From positions 980,106 to 1,044,105 of the forward strand of contig NW_002060950.1 of the NCBI RefSeq assembly GCF_000150275.1: 64,000 bases of DNA, given 5' to 3'. Made by a program: the position numbers and the translations under genes. Shown piece by piece: positions 63,611-64,000 of the stretch. The first letter of the stretch is position 1; the number at the start of each line of letters is the position of its first letter. The notes beneath the pieces were generated by a model that was not told where the DNA came from, did not search any database, and worked only from the letters and a program-made list of their open reading frames with translations. Source of the DNA: Trichoplax adhaerens (Eukaryota; Animalia; Placozoa).

Positions 63611-64000
63611 CTAATATTCAAGCAATACAGGCCATGGATAAAAATTTAGTTGTATTATTACGTACACTATATCATCTGTGATCAACAAAGCAATAGCAGA
63701 AAATTGCCTGATGGATAAAATATACAATATTGAATGTGAAGTCTTGGCATGATTATGGCTGAAATTGCGGTAGTACTGTACGGTCAAGAGGGTATTGTAG
63801 AGCAATAGCCAGCTTAATTTTGTTATCACTATATTAACTATTTATTATGAAGGCTAACTCTCTTCACGCACAGTATAAATGGTTCACTCTTTTGTATGTT
63901 GTGCTGTCATTTACTGTAAGTAGCACCTAAAACGACCATTTTTTCATATGGCGTACTGGCTTCGTAACACCTGTTCTAAATGTTTACAGGATTTACAAGC

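Overview
AT-rich, intron-dense animal genomic DNA. The short introns, abundant (ACAGT)n tracts and compact gene spacing suggest a placozoan such as Trichoplax, but this is inference only. One assembly gap lies at 46579-47553. Intact genes, left to right: TERF-like telomere protein (+, 9 exons), insulin-degrading enzyme IDE (-, ends in SKL), a divergent pair of PP1 glycogen-targeting subunits (PPP1R3-like, RVxF + CBM21), CPEB2/3/4 (Orb2-type; -), MARCHF5 (+, head-to-head with CPEB), a third PPP1R3-like gene encoding only CBM21 (-), an intronless Cupin_5/DUF985 gene (+), and the 3' exons of ERI1 (-). IDE-PPP1R3-CPEB-MARCHF5-PPP1R3-ERI1 matches the gene content of the human 10q23 and 8p23 paralogous blocks. 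Most intergenic spacers hold decayed gene relics (three tyrosine kinase, one trypsin-like protease, one class A GPCR, one cadherin/GPS adhesion GPCR). The window also has tandem satellites, a hAT-type MITE with an 8-bp TSD, and a 46-bp micro-insertion with TIRs and a 7-bp TSD. Best candidate novelties: (i) a glycogen-control module of three PPP1R3 genes with CRE/forkhead sites, start-proximal uORFs and one CBM21-only copy, and (ii) a 9-unit array of ~60-nt conserved fold-back motifs in the large CPEB intron. All calls were made by eye; no searches were run.
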